The position numbers and the translations under genes were made by a program. A DNA stretch of 64,000 nt, taken from the human T2T-CHM13v2.0 reference genome, Homo sapiens. The notes below the pieces were generated by a model that saw only the letters and a list, made by a program, of their open reading frames with translations, was not told the DNA's origin and did not search any database. The stretch is taken from the NCBI RefSeq assembly GCF_009914755.1, contig NC_060934.1, one strand, 5' to 3'. Positions 14,461 to 28,460 of this stretch are shown here, piece by piece. Positions within the stretch are counted from its first letter, which is position 1. Each line of letters starts with the position of its first letter.

Positions 14461-14919
14461 GACCCAGAGACAAAGCCAGGGACAGAGACCTGGATGGAAA
14501 CAGAGACAGGGACGGGAAGAGAGACTGGTGATCATTCCAACTGCCCTCTGGTCCCCTGGGCCAACAGCTGCGCCCCCTCCTCCTCGAAACTCCATTAACA
14601 CTCAATTAGGGGGCCTGATGGGCTTGAGCCTGGGGAGCCCCCTCCCTCTCTTGCACACAGGGTGTCCCATTGAATGTTCAGCTGATGAGCCCACTGGGAG
14701 GAGGCTTCACTCAAATTTATAACTAACTCTGGCGGCTGCCCTGCCGGCCCCGGCCTCTTTTCCCTTCCTCCTCCCAGAGAGGAGCCCATGGGGCTGGGTG
14801 AGGACAGGGAAGGAGGGCAGCGCCCACGCTGGAGACCCCAGAGATGAAAGGGAGCGGGCCCCAAGCAGAGGAAGTGGGAGGGGAGAAGTGAGGAAGAGCG
14901 CGTGAGAGTGTGTGAGAGA

Positions 14920-15555
14920 GAAAAATGACAGGCCCTGAATATTGGGCGCCCTCACTTTAAATCAAGATAAAAGACTGAAGTGGAAAATGAGAGTCCAGAG
15001 AAGCCCCGGACGGCTCGGGGCGCTAATGGAAACACATGGCTGCCGGCTGCGGGCTTGTCAGCTTCCCCCGGCGCTGCCATTCCCGTCTGATAATCCGGCC
15101 TGCCATAAAATTAGACTAGCAAATACCTCCTGACAAAGATGCATGTTTCTCTCTATTGTGCCATCATAAAAAAAACTCCGCTGGTGACTCGGGGAGCCGC
15201 AAACTTCAATTTAAATTTACAGTGCTGCGGAAGGAAAGTGATATGCACTCAAAAATTTTAATAACCTATTAAGTTACGACTTCAATTTCATTTTATGAAT
15301 ATTTTCCTTGGGGAGCACGGCTATCACAGAGAAAGATAGAAATTTAAAAAAGATAAATAGTGCCATTAATCTCCAACATTTCTCTTCCATTATCCTTGAA
15401 AATTAGGAGTTATTTTTGTTCAGATCTTCATGTAATTAGCTCCCTCCACTTGATTCACTAGCCAGAAAATGACCATGTTCAGAAAATTAAAAATTTGTCA
15501 TTAAGTGGAATTTAACATAATATCATTTATCTTTATCTATTCCCCAGCTGACAGC
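14920..15555. promoter_or_regulatory. Large candidate conserved/ultraconserved non-coding element
   Basis: About 600 bp repeat-free, high-complexity block with an AT-rich core, dense TAAT/ATTA, GATA and TGACA motifs, sharp boundary with GA-rich flank. Confidence 0.6.
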
Positions 15556-17245
15556 AGGAAGCCTTGGCTGCCTTACCGGCTGGTGTGTCAGAGTAGAGAG
15601 GGACTGCTTGGGGAGAGACACTGGGGGAGACAGAGATAGAGACCGAGGGAGGGAGAGAAGGCCAGTGCAGAGGGGGCCAAAGCCAGGCGAGGAGGGCAGG
15701 CAGGAGGCCTCCGGAACTGAGAGTCAGCCAGGGTGGGGAGGCAGAGGAGGCTGAGGGCAGAAGAGAGGAGGCGCAGGCTGCTGGGGTCAGCAGGGGTGGG
15801 TGTGGGCCTGAGAGCAGGGCAGATGGGAGGGGCTGAGGGTGGAAGAGGAAAGCCAGAGAGGCACATCAGGAGCAGATGCCCAAAGACGAAAGTAGCTGGC
15901 TAGTAGGGCTGGGGTGAAGAAGTGACTTGGAGGACAGAAACCCAGCAGAAGGAAAGAAACCTCCAGAAAAGGGGGCTCAAGGTGGGATGGGAGAGGTAGG
16001 GGACACCCTGTCCATTGGGAGGACTGACCACAATCTGGCTTCAAGAGAAGACAGAGAGACAAAAAGAGATAGTCAGAGAGCCAGAGAGGAGGTGACAAGG
16101 CATTGAGAGCCAGGAGGCAGAAATGGAGTGAGGTGGCGGCAAGTGTGAGTCAGAGAGAGAGAAACAGACAGAAGGGGCTCCGGGAAGTCACCATGTTTGA
16201 GACCCCAGACAAGCTCTTGAACTTCTCTGGAAGGCTGCATGGCTCACTCTCCTCCTCCCCTCCTCTAAACAGCCCCCACCCTAGTTCCCCCAAGTCAGAA
16301 ATCATCCAATAAACGATTCAGACCTATTCCTGGGTGGAGAGAGCTGTGGCCAAGCCTGAGAGACTGAGAATTGGATAAAGGGATTAAACAGCAGCACATT
16401 AGTGAGAGATTTAGAGTGTAATAAACCCATTTCATAATAATATGTGTGTTGGGGCAGCGATCCATCATCACAGGAGCCTGTCCATGGCGGGGGGAGCACT
16501 GATCTGCTGGGAGGAGACCCGCACGGATGGCTGAGGTTTTTTCTCAGGGTCTCAGGATATGGGCAAGGGGTGCAGACAGGCCCCCAGGGCTATGAGGGGG
16601 GCACAGGGATGCTGAAGGCATCTTTGGCTCAAATTGCTATAGGGATCAACCTGAGGCTATAGCTGGGAAGAATCTGGGCTCCAGAAGAGGTCTGGGAGCC
16701 TGAGAGACTCCCTTGTTTCCCCAGCCTAGGACCTCTGCAGTAAGGGTAGAAGGATTTTTCCAGGGACAGCTCCAAGCTGCGGAGTCCACAGGTCACAGGT
16801 GGGATCTAGCAAGTTGAAGACTCCCAGATAAGCCCCCTGCTGCTTCCTGCATCCACTCTTTTCCCCTAGAAGAATTCCTATCCACCCAGAAAGGCCACGT
16901 CCTCCATAAGTTTCCCCTGAGCTCCCCATCCCACCTGTCCATCACCCAGAAACCCCTGCATTTCTTCCTGGGAGTGCTTAGGCTTCAGAGATGGTGTGGA
17001 TTTGAATCCTGAGCTTGTCACTTACCGGCTATCTGATCTTGGCAGGTGACTTCCCCTTTCTAAGCCTCAGTTTCCCATCTGTCAAATGGAGATAATGGGT
17101 GTGAAATTATTCTATAAAGCAGAAAATCCCAAGGAAACATTATTATTGCTATGATTCCCCCACATTTGGCCCTCCACTCCCAGATTGCCTTGAGATATCT
17201 CTCGGCTTATTGTCATGGAGTTTCATCTCCCTGACTGGACTCTGA

Positions 17246-17602
<357 letters not shown>

Positions 17603-17766
17603 TGATTCAGTATTTAAATTGTCCTGTTAATAGGGCAGAGGAAAACATTCTCCTGCTGTTTATCTCCATTGAAGGAAACCAGCATCAGGGATTAATAAAC
17701 AAACTTCCCCCTGGAAAAAGGATTGAGAGATAGTAATGGACCAGTTAGGTCTCAGTTGTCAGTCTT

Positions 17767-18064
17767 TTCTTTTCTTTTTTTTTTGAGACGGAGTCTCGCT
17801 GTCGCCCAGGCTGGAGTGCAGTGGCGCGATCTCGGCTCACTGCAGGCTCCGCCCCACGGGGTTCACGCCATTCTCCTGCCTCAGCCCCCCGAGTAGCTGG
17901 GACTTCAGGCGCCCGCCACCTCGCCTGGCTAATTTTTTGTATTTTTAGTAGAGAAGGGGTTTCACCGTGTTAGCCAGGATGGTCTTGATCTCCTGACCTC
18001 GTGATCCGCCCGCCTCGGCCTCCCAAAGTGCTGGGATTACAGGCGTGAGCCACCGCGCCCGGCC
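17767..18064 (-). mobile_element. AluY, Ye-lineage (AluYe5-like)
   Basis: CpG-rich; gtctcgctgtcgcc, ctgcaggctccgcccc, ccacctcgcc variants; TSD agttgtcagtctt. Confidence 0.9.
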
Positions 18065-19059
18065 AGTTGTCAGTCTTGAAACACTGGTGAGTGGAAGAAG
18101 TGGAGATGCTGAGAACAGAGATGACTTCCTAGGAGAAGAGAGGCCTGGGGAGTTTGGGCTATGGTGGGTGATGGTCCAGGTGGCCCAGGAGGATGTGAAG
18201 GAGGAAGGGTGGGGAAATCAGATGTCACTTCTCCAAGACCCAGGCACACTGGCTATCTTCCTTTTCTTCCATTGTCCCAGATATTTTATCCGTCTACTCC
18301 CATCTCAGAGAGGCCAGTGGGCATGGCCTTCAGCCCTGGCTGAGATTCCAGGTTCTTCCCTAGAAGGAGAAGTGGTGTAATCTCCAGTCCTAGGTTCAAC
18401 CAGTCCCCAATCTGCTCTCAAATTTGACTGAATTCAGCATCAAACTCTGGTTAATTTCTAGGAACACAGACTTTCCGTGGTAACCCTATCCCAATAATGG
18501 AGCCTTCCTGAAACTTCACTTCAGCCAAAGCTGTCATTGTTTCTCCCAGACTTAAAAGTTTCACTGATACTAACACTGCACCCCTGCAACTGCACCGCCA
18601 GATCAACTGATCAAGGACATCATTGATCTGCCTGCTCCTCACCAAAAGCCAAGTAAATGTCATTGCCAGTCCCCCGAGCTTCTGCCAGAGGCCTTCCAGA
18701 TCCCACAAAAGAATAGGGATGCAAAACTGGTTCTGTACTTTCTTCCAAAGCTCAAGCCAATACATCCTTTGCTTCTTTCTGTAAATATTTATTACAGGCT
18801 TGTTAAAGCCAAAAACAAAACGTATACTACAAAGCAATAAGTGTGCCTTAAGTTCTTTGTGAGTAATACAGAGCGTTCCAGTGTTCCAGGAAGGGACAGA
18901 TCTGTGCAGACTGGCAGGGTCAGAGGCAGGATTGAAGGAAGAAGTGCCACTGGAGCTGGACAGGTGTTGGGCAGAGCTTCAACAGGTGGAGCCTGGAGGA
19001 ACAGCTTGGCCAGAGGAGAGAGATGCATGGACAGAAGTGCAGAGAAGGAGGACTCCAGA

Positions 19060-19290
19060 ATTTCAGGAGTATCTACTCTGTACCAAGAACATGCTGGCAG
19101 CTTTCAGCCATATTATCTCATTAACCCTTCCCAACATGTTTAGAGATAGGAGTTATAACCTCCGTGTATATAGATGAGAAACTGAAGTTCAGGGAAGTTA
19201 AATAACTTGCCCAACATCAGAGTTAGTAAGCAGCCTCAAACCTGGAACCAGTTGCCTCTGAAAGCCATGCCCTTTCCTCTACACTGTAGT
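19060..19290 (-). mobile_element. MIR
   Basis: tatagatgagaaactgaagttcagggaagttaaataacttgcccaacatc. Confidence 0.75.
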
Positions 19291-19771
19291 GCCAGGCATG
19301 TTTGGGAAAAGAGCAGCCCAGTTTGTCTGGAGCATAGAGTGTGTGAAAGGAAAGGGAAAACTGCCCCACACTGGTCATTGCCTTTAAGGGTGCAGCACCA
19401 TCTCTGGGACTGCTAGGGCCGTTCCTATAGAAGGGCCTGGTGCAGGCCGAATCTCCACCTGTGGCTCTCTTGGGGTCAACACCCTTGGGAACTCAGGAGA
19501 AGCAGGGACACAGGGAGAAGCAATGCTTCATCCACATGCTCCTTCAGTGACCCTCCTCTTCCTCCTGCATTCCCCATCATCTTTCCCTCTCCCCTCTGAG
19601 CCTTCCTTCTATGCCCTTATCCTCTGGACCTCTATCCTAATTTCCCTTCCCCTTGCTGTCAACCATTCCTGGATATACATCTGGGGTCTCCACCTCCCAC
19701 CACCTCTTCCTTTCCTAACCCCTCTGTTCCCACTTACCACAATCACCAATAGCTTCCCCTAAAATACTTCC

Positions 19772-20086
19772 AGCCAGGCATGATGGCTCACACCTGTAAT
19801 CACAACACTTTGGGGCCAAGACAGGAGGATCACTTGAGGCCAGGAGTTCAAGACCAGCTTGGGCAAAATACTGAGACCTTGTCTCTATGAAAAATTTTAA
19901 AATTGTCTGGGTGAGGTGGTGTGCATCTGTAGTCCTAGATACATAGGAGCCTGAGGCAGGAGGATCACTTGAGCCCAGAAGTTTGAGGCAGTAGTGCACA
20001 GTGATAGTGCCTGTGAATAGCCTTTTTACTCCAGCCTGGGCAACTTAGTGAGACCGAGTCTCAAAAAAAAAAAAAAAAAAAAAAAA
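19772..20086 (+). mobile_element. AluJ
   Basis: ggaggatcacttgaggccaggagttc, ggaggatcacttgagcccag, A-tail. Confidence 0.93.
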
Positions 20087-20109
20087 TTCAGTGACTTCTC
20101 ATTGACTTG

Positions 20110-20290
20110 CAATCCACCTTCATTGTTTACTAGCTTGATAAGTTACTTATTCTGCCTAAGCCTCAGTTTTATCACCTGTCAAATGGGAATGATAACAGTG
20201 CCTTCCTCTAACTCAATGAGATAAAATAAGGAAAGAGCATGGTACCTGGTATACAGCCAGCATTTAATAAATATTGGCAGTTATTATTTT
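20110..20290 (+). mobile_element. MIR
   Basis: ctaagcctcagttttatcacctgtcaaatgggaatgataacagtgcc. Confidence 0.7.
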
Positions 20291-20333
20291 TCTCTGCCTT
20301 TATTCTTCTTGATCACAATCCTCAAAAGTCCAG

Positions 20334-20677
<344 letters not shown>

Positions 20678-20835
20678 TTACAAAAAGACTCCAAAGTCCT
20701 TAGCCAGGTTGAGACCTCCATTGCTTGGAAGCCAGATGGTCCATCTCCTTCACCCCCATGTAGAAGGATGTGGTCTGATGACAGAGTCTCCAACCTGGAA
20801 TCCATAGAACTTTAAAATTCCTCAGAAGTATGTAA

Positions 20836-21027
<192 letters not shown>

Positions 21028-21514
21028 TGAACTTTCATATAGGTATATTTTTGAAACCGTAAATAAGAGATCATATGTTCATAGAAATGTTGTTATGAAT
21101 TGAATTTGAACACATTAGAGGCTACCATCATGATAAGTATGTGGGTTTATTGACATTTTTTCCTAATAAGTAAAAAGCTAAATCTTGAGCCTTCATAATA
21201 TGTGCTAATAAAATACTGTCTTCTCAGTTTTACACATTAGGTTTGTTTGAAAAAGATGGGTTGGGGTGGGAGGTGATTCTCTCCAAAAAAACAAAAAAGC
21301 TTGAAATCAGTAGTAAAGCGGAAGGACTACACGAACCTGGGCCCCAGTCGTAAGCATATACCACTTCCTTCCCCAAATTTCTGAAGACTTCAGGCCTCCA
21401 TTTCTTCACAGATAAATGTGTATCTATCTCGACCACATGGGGTTAACAATAGGCTAAAATAAAAGAATATATGAGAAAGTGCTTGCACGGTACCTGCATC
21501 AAAAGCTAAGGCTT

Positions 21515-21730
21515 ATTGAGTACTAACTGTGTGACAGGACCTGAGCTATAAGCCTGCATATATGATTATACTTCATCCTTGCAGCAACCCTTTAAAGTAA
21601 ATTTTGCCACTACTCTCATTTACAGATGATGACCCTGAGGCTCGGAGCCATTAAGTAATTTGCCAAAGGTCACAAAACCATAAGCTGTGGAGCTGGGTTT
21701 TGAATCTAGGCAGGCAAGCACTAGAGCCTG
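21515..21730 (-). mobile_element. MIR
   Basis: catttacagatgatgaccctgaggctcggagccattaagtaatttgccaaaggtcaca. Confidence 0.75.
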
Positions 21731-21732
21731 AG

Positions 21733-21930
21733 TTGTTTTGTTTGTTTGTTTGTTTTGTTTTAGAGACAGAGTCTCACCTTGTCGCCCAGGCTGGAGTGCA
21801 ATGGCCAGATAATTTTTGTATTTTTTAGTAGAGATGGGGTTTATATGTTGGCCAGGCTGGTCTCGAACTCCTGACCTCAGGTGATTCACCCACCTCAGTC
21901 TCCCAAAGTGCTGAGCCGCCGCACCTGGCC
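21733..21930 (-). mobile_element. Internally deleted AluS
   Basis: ggagtgcaatggccagataatttttg joins right-arm end to the mid A-rich linker. Confidence 0.88.
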
Positions 21931-21938
21931 GAGTCTGA

Positions 21939-22230
<292 letters not shown>

Positions 22231-22336
22231 AAGCCTGAGCTTTTTAAAAAGTATTGAGCACTTTCTAGGAAGCTGGCACTGTTCTAAGTTCTTTTACAGG
22301 TTCCAATTCACAGAATTCTTACAATTGCCATAGCAG

Positions 22337-22847
22337 GTGCATCCCACGAGACTTGTGCCATATGACTTTGCATAAGAGGTGGAGTCTATTTCCCATCCCT
22401 CTGAATCTGGGCTGGCCATGTGATTTTTGGACCAACAGAATGCAACAGAAGTGACACTTTCTGGGCTTAGGCCTTAAGAGAGCTCGCACCTTCCATAGTC
22501 ACCCCGTTGGAGGCCAGCTACCATGTAAGAAGTCTGAACTCTTCAGCTGGAGAAGCCAGTGGAGACAGAAAGGCCCTGCAGGGTGAGAGGTGGCATGAAG
22601 GAGTGCCAAGGTTTTCCAGCCAGCAGCCACTGCCAGGCATGTCAGTGGGGCCATCTTGGATGTTCCAATCCCAGCTGAGTTTCCACATGAATGCAGCTGT
22701 GGGAGGGAACTCAGCCAGCACTACAAAGAGCAGAAGAAATGCCCAGCTGAGCCCAGCCAACCCCCAGACTCATGAAACATTTAAAAAATCAGTTTTAGCT
22801 ACTGAAATCTGGGGTGCTATGTCATACAACAATCAATAATCAAAACA
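22337..22847 (+). mobile_element. MaLR solo LTR (MLT1G/H-like)
   Basis: ggagtctatttcccatccctctgaatctgggctggccatgtgat...gcccagctgagcccagccaacc...aataatcaaaaca. Confidence 0.7.
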
Positions 22848-23112
22848 AATTAGGTGAATCCTACTAGTTCCATATTTTACAAATAAGACAACTAGGGCAT
22901 GAAGGGGTTGAGATCCTAGGATTAAGCCTGGGTAAGTTATGACCCACCATGATGACCGCTAGGATCCTAGGATTAGGCCTAGGTAAGTTATTTAACCTCT
23001 TTATGTCCTCGTGAATGAGTGAGTTAGTAAATGAGTGACAAAGCCAATGCCTGCACTGAGACATTCTGGTTCCAGAGACCACATGAATAACTACCAGGGT
23101 GCGATAGGCTGA

Positions 23113-23449
<337 letters not shown>

Positions 23450-23515
23450 GTCCTTATCCTAATCCTAATGCCCAGAACCTGTGAATATTTACCTCACATG
23501 ATAAAAGAGATTACC

Positions 23516-23976
23516 GGCCGGGCACGGTGGCTCACGCCTATAATCCCAGCACTTTGGGCAGCCAAGGCAGGCAGATCACTTGAGGTCAAGTGTTCGAGAC
23601 CAGCCTGGCTAATATGGTGAAACCTTGTCTCTACAAAAATACAAAAAAAAAAGAAAAAAAATAGCCGGGCATGGTGGCACACATCTGTAATTCTAGCTAC
23701 TTCTGTGGCTGAGGGACGAGAATCACTTGAACCCAGGAGGCGGAGGTTGCAGTGAGCCAAGATCATGCCACTGCATTCCAGCCTGGGCAACAGACTCCTT
23801 CTGAAAGAAAGAAAAACAAAGAAAGAAAGAGAGAGAGAGGAAGGAAGGAAGGAAGGGAGAGAAGGAGGGAGGAAGGGAGAGAGAGAGAGAGAGAAAGAGA
23901 GAAAGAAAGAAAGAGAAAGAAAAAAAGAAGAAAGAGAAAGAAAGAAGAAAGAGAAAGAAAGAAAAGAAAAGAAAAG
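23516..23976 (+). mobile_element. AluS with expanded (GAAA/GGAA/GA)n tail
   Basis: Dimer 23516-23802, purine tail 23803-23976, flanking acatgataaaag. Confidence 0.92.
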
Positions 23977-24799
23977 CGAGACATGATAAAAGGGACTTTC
24001 CAGATGTAACTATGTTAATGATTTTGAGGTCATCCTGGATTATCAGAGTGTGCACAATGTAACCACAAGGGAGGCAACAAAGTCGAAGTCAAAGAAAAAG
24101 GTGATGTGATTCAGGACCACAAGCCAAGAAATGAGGATGACCTTTAGAAGCTGGAAAAGACAAGTACACAGATTCTCCCCTCCAGCCTGCAGAAGGAACA
24201 GGCCCTGTTAACATCCTGACTTTAGCCCAATGAGACTAACTTTGTACTCTGACCTCCAGAACTGTAAGATAATAAATTTTGTTGTTTTAAGCCACTGCGT
24301 TTGTGGTCAATTGTCACTGCAGCAACAGAAAACTAATACATTGGGCCTCTGCTATTTAAAGAGAGCTGGATCCTTCCCTCGGGCTCTGGCTAGGCCAGTC
24401 TCCTTATTGCCTCCTGTCACATTTGGCGCCCCAGCCCTTCTCTGGCTCTTAAAAATCTCTATTGTCTCCATCTATTAATTCATTCCTACCCACCTCTTCC
24501 AGGAAGTCTTCTCTGAACATCCTAGATCACACTGCTCTGTCCTGTCTCTAAAAGCACTAGATGTTTTGCACCTTCTTACTCAGCACTTAGTGATATCAAT
24601 GCTAATGTGCTGGCAGGCAGCCCAGTGACATTCTTATGAGTGTAAGTCATTGAATCCAAGGACATCAAGCCAGAGAAACCCTTTGAGAGTCTATCCCTTC
24701 ATTTTATGGATGATGAAACTGAGTCCCAGGGAAGAAAAGAAAGCTGCATATCCAAGGTCACATATCCAGGGCTCAAAGACAGACCTTCTGACTTCAGAT

Positions 24800-25390
24800 T
24801 CATAAACACATTCCTTCAGCAATTACTTATTGAGCCCTCGCTAAGCTAGCTGCTGGGGAATCACTGACAATCGTTAGCAGATGAGATTCCTGCTCTCTTG
24901 AAAGTCTCTGATACATGAGAGAGGGAAACACTGATGCAGTAATCACACAGATATATAATGACCCACCATAAGTGTCGGTAAAGCAGGCTGTGGGAGTGCA
25001 AAACATAGGGAACTCTTTCAAGCAGGAAAATCAGGGAAGTCTTCTCTAAGTAGATGATCGTTGACCTGAGATGTGAATAATGGTGGGCATAGTTAACTAG
25101 GTCTCTCGAGGGGTAGCAGGGAGAAGAAGAGAGTTTTAGGCAAAAGAAATGATGCATGCAAAGGCCCTGGGGCAGGAGGGAGCAGAACAAGGAGGAAAGA
25201 GGCAGCCAGGATGCCTGGAAGTCAGAGTAACAGGGAGAAAGGTAAGGGTCAAAGGCTACAGAAGTTGACAGGGGTCAGACCACAAGGGACGGGGAAGCCA
25301 TGGTGAAGTTTTGATCTTAGTCCCAGTGGCAATGGAAAGCCATAGGAGAGTTTTAAGCAGGGTGATGACATGATCATATTTGAATTTTAT
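24800..25390 (-). mobile_element. L2 fragment
   Basis: cattccttcagcaattacttattgag...caaaggccctggggcagga...gcaatggaaagccataggagagttttaagcaggg. Confidence 0.65.
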
Positions 25391-25879
25391 AGCGTTTCCA
25401 CGCACACCCCCTCTACCCTCTGCCAGGGCCTTCTCTTACCTCTATAAGCATATCAGAGATCGTTATTGCAGGGAGTTTTATGTCACTCTCTATTCCACTC
25501 CATCCCTAGCCTTGTACAAAGCAGATGCTCCATAAATATGTGTTGATTAACCTCTCAGCAGCATGCGACGCTGTTGACGGCCTCTCCCTCTTGAAGAGCT
25601 CTCTCTTCTGTTTCTGCGCTGCTGCACACTCCAACTTCCCTCCATCCTCCGATCACCCTGCCCCACTCCCACCCCATACTTCAGCATTTCTCCCAGTTTC
25701 ACCTTTACGATCTTTCTACTTTGTCCACACTCTCCCCCTGGGTCATCCTGTTGCCTCCAACAGTAGTGATCTCTTCCTTCTGGGCAGAACTTCCACAAGG
25801 GCTGGGACCTTGTCTGTCTTGTTGCATCTGCAGAGCCTGGCACAATACCTGGCACCCAATAAATTATCAATATTTGATG

Positions 25880-26140
25880 AGAAGATGCTGTATGGTTCCG
25901 TGTATATGAAGCTCAAGCACAGGCCAAACTAATTTATGGCAATCGATTGTGGTCAGAATAGTGGTCACCCACGGGGAATCATGGCTGGGAAGAAGCACAG
26001 GGAACTTGGTTGGGGGAGGCTGGAAATCTTGATCTAAGGGTGTTGGCACAGGTGTCCACATATGGGAGAGCTCACTGAGCTGTACACTCAGATTGGTGTT
26101 CTTTCCTGTCTGTGCAGCGTATCTCAATAACAAAGTAGAA
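25880..26140 (+). mobile_element. Old L1M 3' end
   Basis: aggccaaactaatttatggcaatcgattgtggtcagaatagtggtcacc...tatctcaataacaaag. Confidence 0.6.
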
Positions 26141-26185
26141 AAGAATGCAATATCACCACTCTGCTGAGAGGCAATTCCCATTTCT

Positions 26186-26493
26186 TTTCCTTTTTTTTTT
26201 TTTTTTTTTTTTGAGACAGAGTCTTGCTCTGTCGTCAAGCTGGAGTGCAAGCAAGCAAGATCTCGGCTCACTGCAACCTCCGCCTCCCAGGTTCAAGCAA
26301 TTCTCCTGCCTCAGCCTCCCGAGTAGCTGGGACTACAGGCACGTGCCACCACGCCTGGCTAATTTTTGTATTTTTAGTAGAGACAGGGTTTCACCGTGTT
26401 GGCCAGGATGGTCTCAATCTCTTGACCTTGTGATCTGCCTGCCTCAGCCTCCGATAGTGCTGGGATTACAGGCGTGAGCCACCACGCCAAGTT
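26186..26493 (-). mobile_element. AluSc-like
   Basis: Dimer; TSD gcaattcccatttct. Confidence 0.93.
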
Positions 26494-26667
26494 GCAATTC
26501 CCATTTCTAACTGCTCTATGTGTCCACCTCGAAACCCACCTCATTATCTTTCCAGCCTCCCAAACCAACTCTTCTGGGTTCCCAATTATTCAGTTTCCAA
26601 ACCTCAGGGCCATCTTGTCCCCACACCACCTCTTCTGACATCCCTCCCCACCCACCTTTCCAAGACG

Positions 26668-27226
26668 TGTAATACAAGTGGTCGTATGATTACACAGAAT
26701 TTTAAGATGACCCCATGACTTTCGCCTCCTGGTGTTGCTCCCTGATTATGTTACATAGCAAAAGGGAGATAATCTGGGTAGGTCAAGTCTAATCACAGGA
26801 GCCCTTTCAGAGCAGAATGTTTTCTCTGGCTGCTGATAGAGGCAACTGGAGGTATTCAAATCACAAAAATAACGTACTGTTGCTGGCTTGGAAGACAGAG
26901 GGTCCATATGCAGGCACCAGAGAGTGGTTTTTAGGAGAATGACCCCCACCTGACAGCCAGCAAGGAAACACGGACCTGAGTCCTATTATAGCAAAGAACT
27001 GAATTCTGCCAACAAGAATGACAGTGAAAGCAGATTCTTTCCCCAGAGCCTCAAAGAAGAGCTCAGACAGGCTCACACCTTGATTTTAGCCTTGTGAGAC
27101 TAAGAGAGAAATCAATTACGCCTGCCAAGACTTTCAACCTATAGAACTAAGATTTAAGAAAAAATAGGTGTTGTTTTAAGCCACAAAGTTTGTGGTATAT
27201 TTTTACAGCAGCAATAGATAATACAC
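26668..27226 (+). mobile_element. MaLR solo LTR (MLT1D/E-like)
   Basis: gacagccagcaaggaaacacggacctgagtcc...gaactgaattctgccaacaa...gttgttttaagccacaaagtttgtgg. Confidence 0.75.
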
Positions 27227-27699
27227 ACCTTCAATCCTATCTGTAGATAACTAATACACATCTTCAATCCTATCTATTTACAATGGCCTCCAAATCCATC
27301 CCTTCCTCCCCATTCCTTTGGTCTCACCATGACCCAGACTCCCTGATCTCACCTCTGCCCAAACCCGTCCATCTTGCTCACTGCCACCAGATTAATTTTC
27401 CAAAGTCACAACCCTGCTCACATCCTTTTTCTGCTGAAAAGCTCCCGTGACAGTGTAGCCTGGTGGTTATACTCTGCAACCAGAATGCAGGGTGTAAATC
27501 CCAGGTCCACCTCTTAGTGGTGGGTGACCCAGATCAAGCTGCTTAATCCACCCACCAAATGAGAGTAATAGTACCATCCTCATAGTGTAGCCACAAGTAT
27601 TAAATGAGATAAGCATGCAAAAAATAGTTGTGCATGGTCCAGCAAAGGTAGACAGTCTACTCTATGAATGGAGGTTTTTAGAATATCACTATCAATGGC

Positions 27700-28460
27700 T
27701 CCAGGTATCTAACTGGTGATTAAACTCTTCAGCTGGGACTTACAGCAATGCCCTGCTATATCTCTTCAGCCTTTTCTCCCACTCCTTTTCTGCTAATCCC
27801 ATCCTTTTCCTTCCATCTTCATCACCACTCCCCTCATTCACATTATCACCCTCCATTCCCAGGGGTCTCCTCACTGATTTACGTTATCTCCACTCTCTGC
27901 TGCCAGCAGGGACTGCTCAAAACACAAGCCTGATCGTGTTCCTCTGGACTTTTAAACTCTTCCATGGTCCCCACTGCTCTCATGTCCAAAATTCTTACAA
28001 TCTATGAGGACTTCGACTGCCCAGTCTGCCAATGCCTCCGGACCCTTTCCCTTCACCCTCTGACCTCATCCCTCTTACTCACCAGGCTTCCTCTGCAACT
28101 GGGCCATCCACTTTGCTGTTCCCTCTTCCTGAAACACGCTTACCTTTCTTCTTTGCTTGGTCGACACCTATTTGTCCTTCCAATCTTGGTTTAATGCCCT
28201 GGGGACTTCCTCTAGGAATGCTTTCTTCACCTCACTAACTAGGCCACACTCTACGCGAGGCTCTCAGACAGCCCAAGCCGCTCCTGTTGACATTTCACAG
28301 GAGCGATTTATACCTCTCTGTGAACGTCTCCAATTGTCATAAGGTCCACAAAGCTTCTGTTATGATCACCATAACACAAAACAGCACCAGGGCAGAGCAC
28401 AGTACCTGGCCAGAATCTGTGCTCGGAAGATGCTTGTGAAAAGAATGAGTGAGTGAAATT
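27700..28460 (+). mobile_element. L2 fragment(s)
   Basis: ctccactctctgctgccag...aaaactcttccatggtccccactgctc...cagagcacagtacctggc...gaatgagtgagtgaa terminal motif. Confidence 0.55.

Noticed and set aside
27215-27275. ~30-bp tandem duplication at the MLT1 3' end (also 13-bp at ~701-725, 12-bp at ~53312-53350)
   Set aside because: Ordinary slippage duplications with no sign of function.
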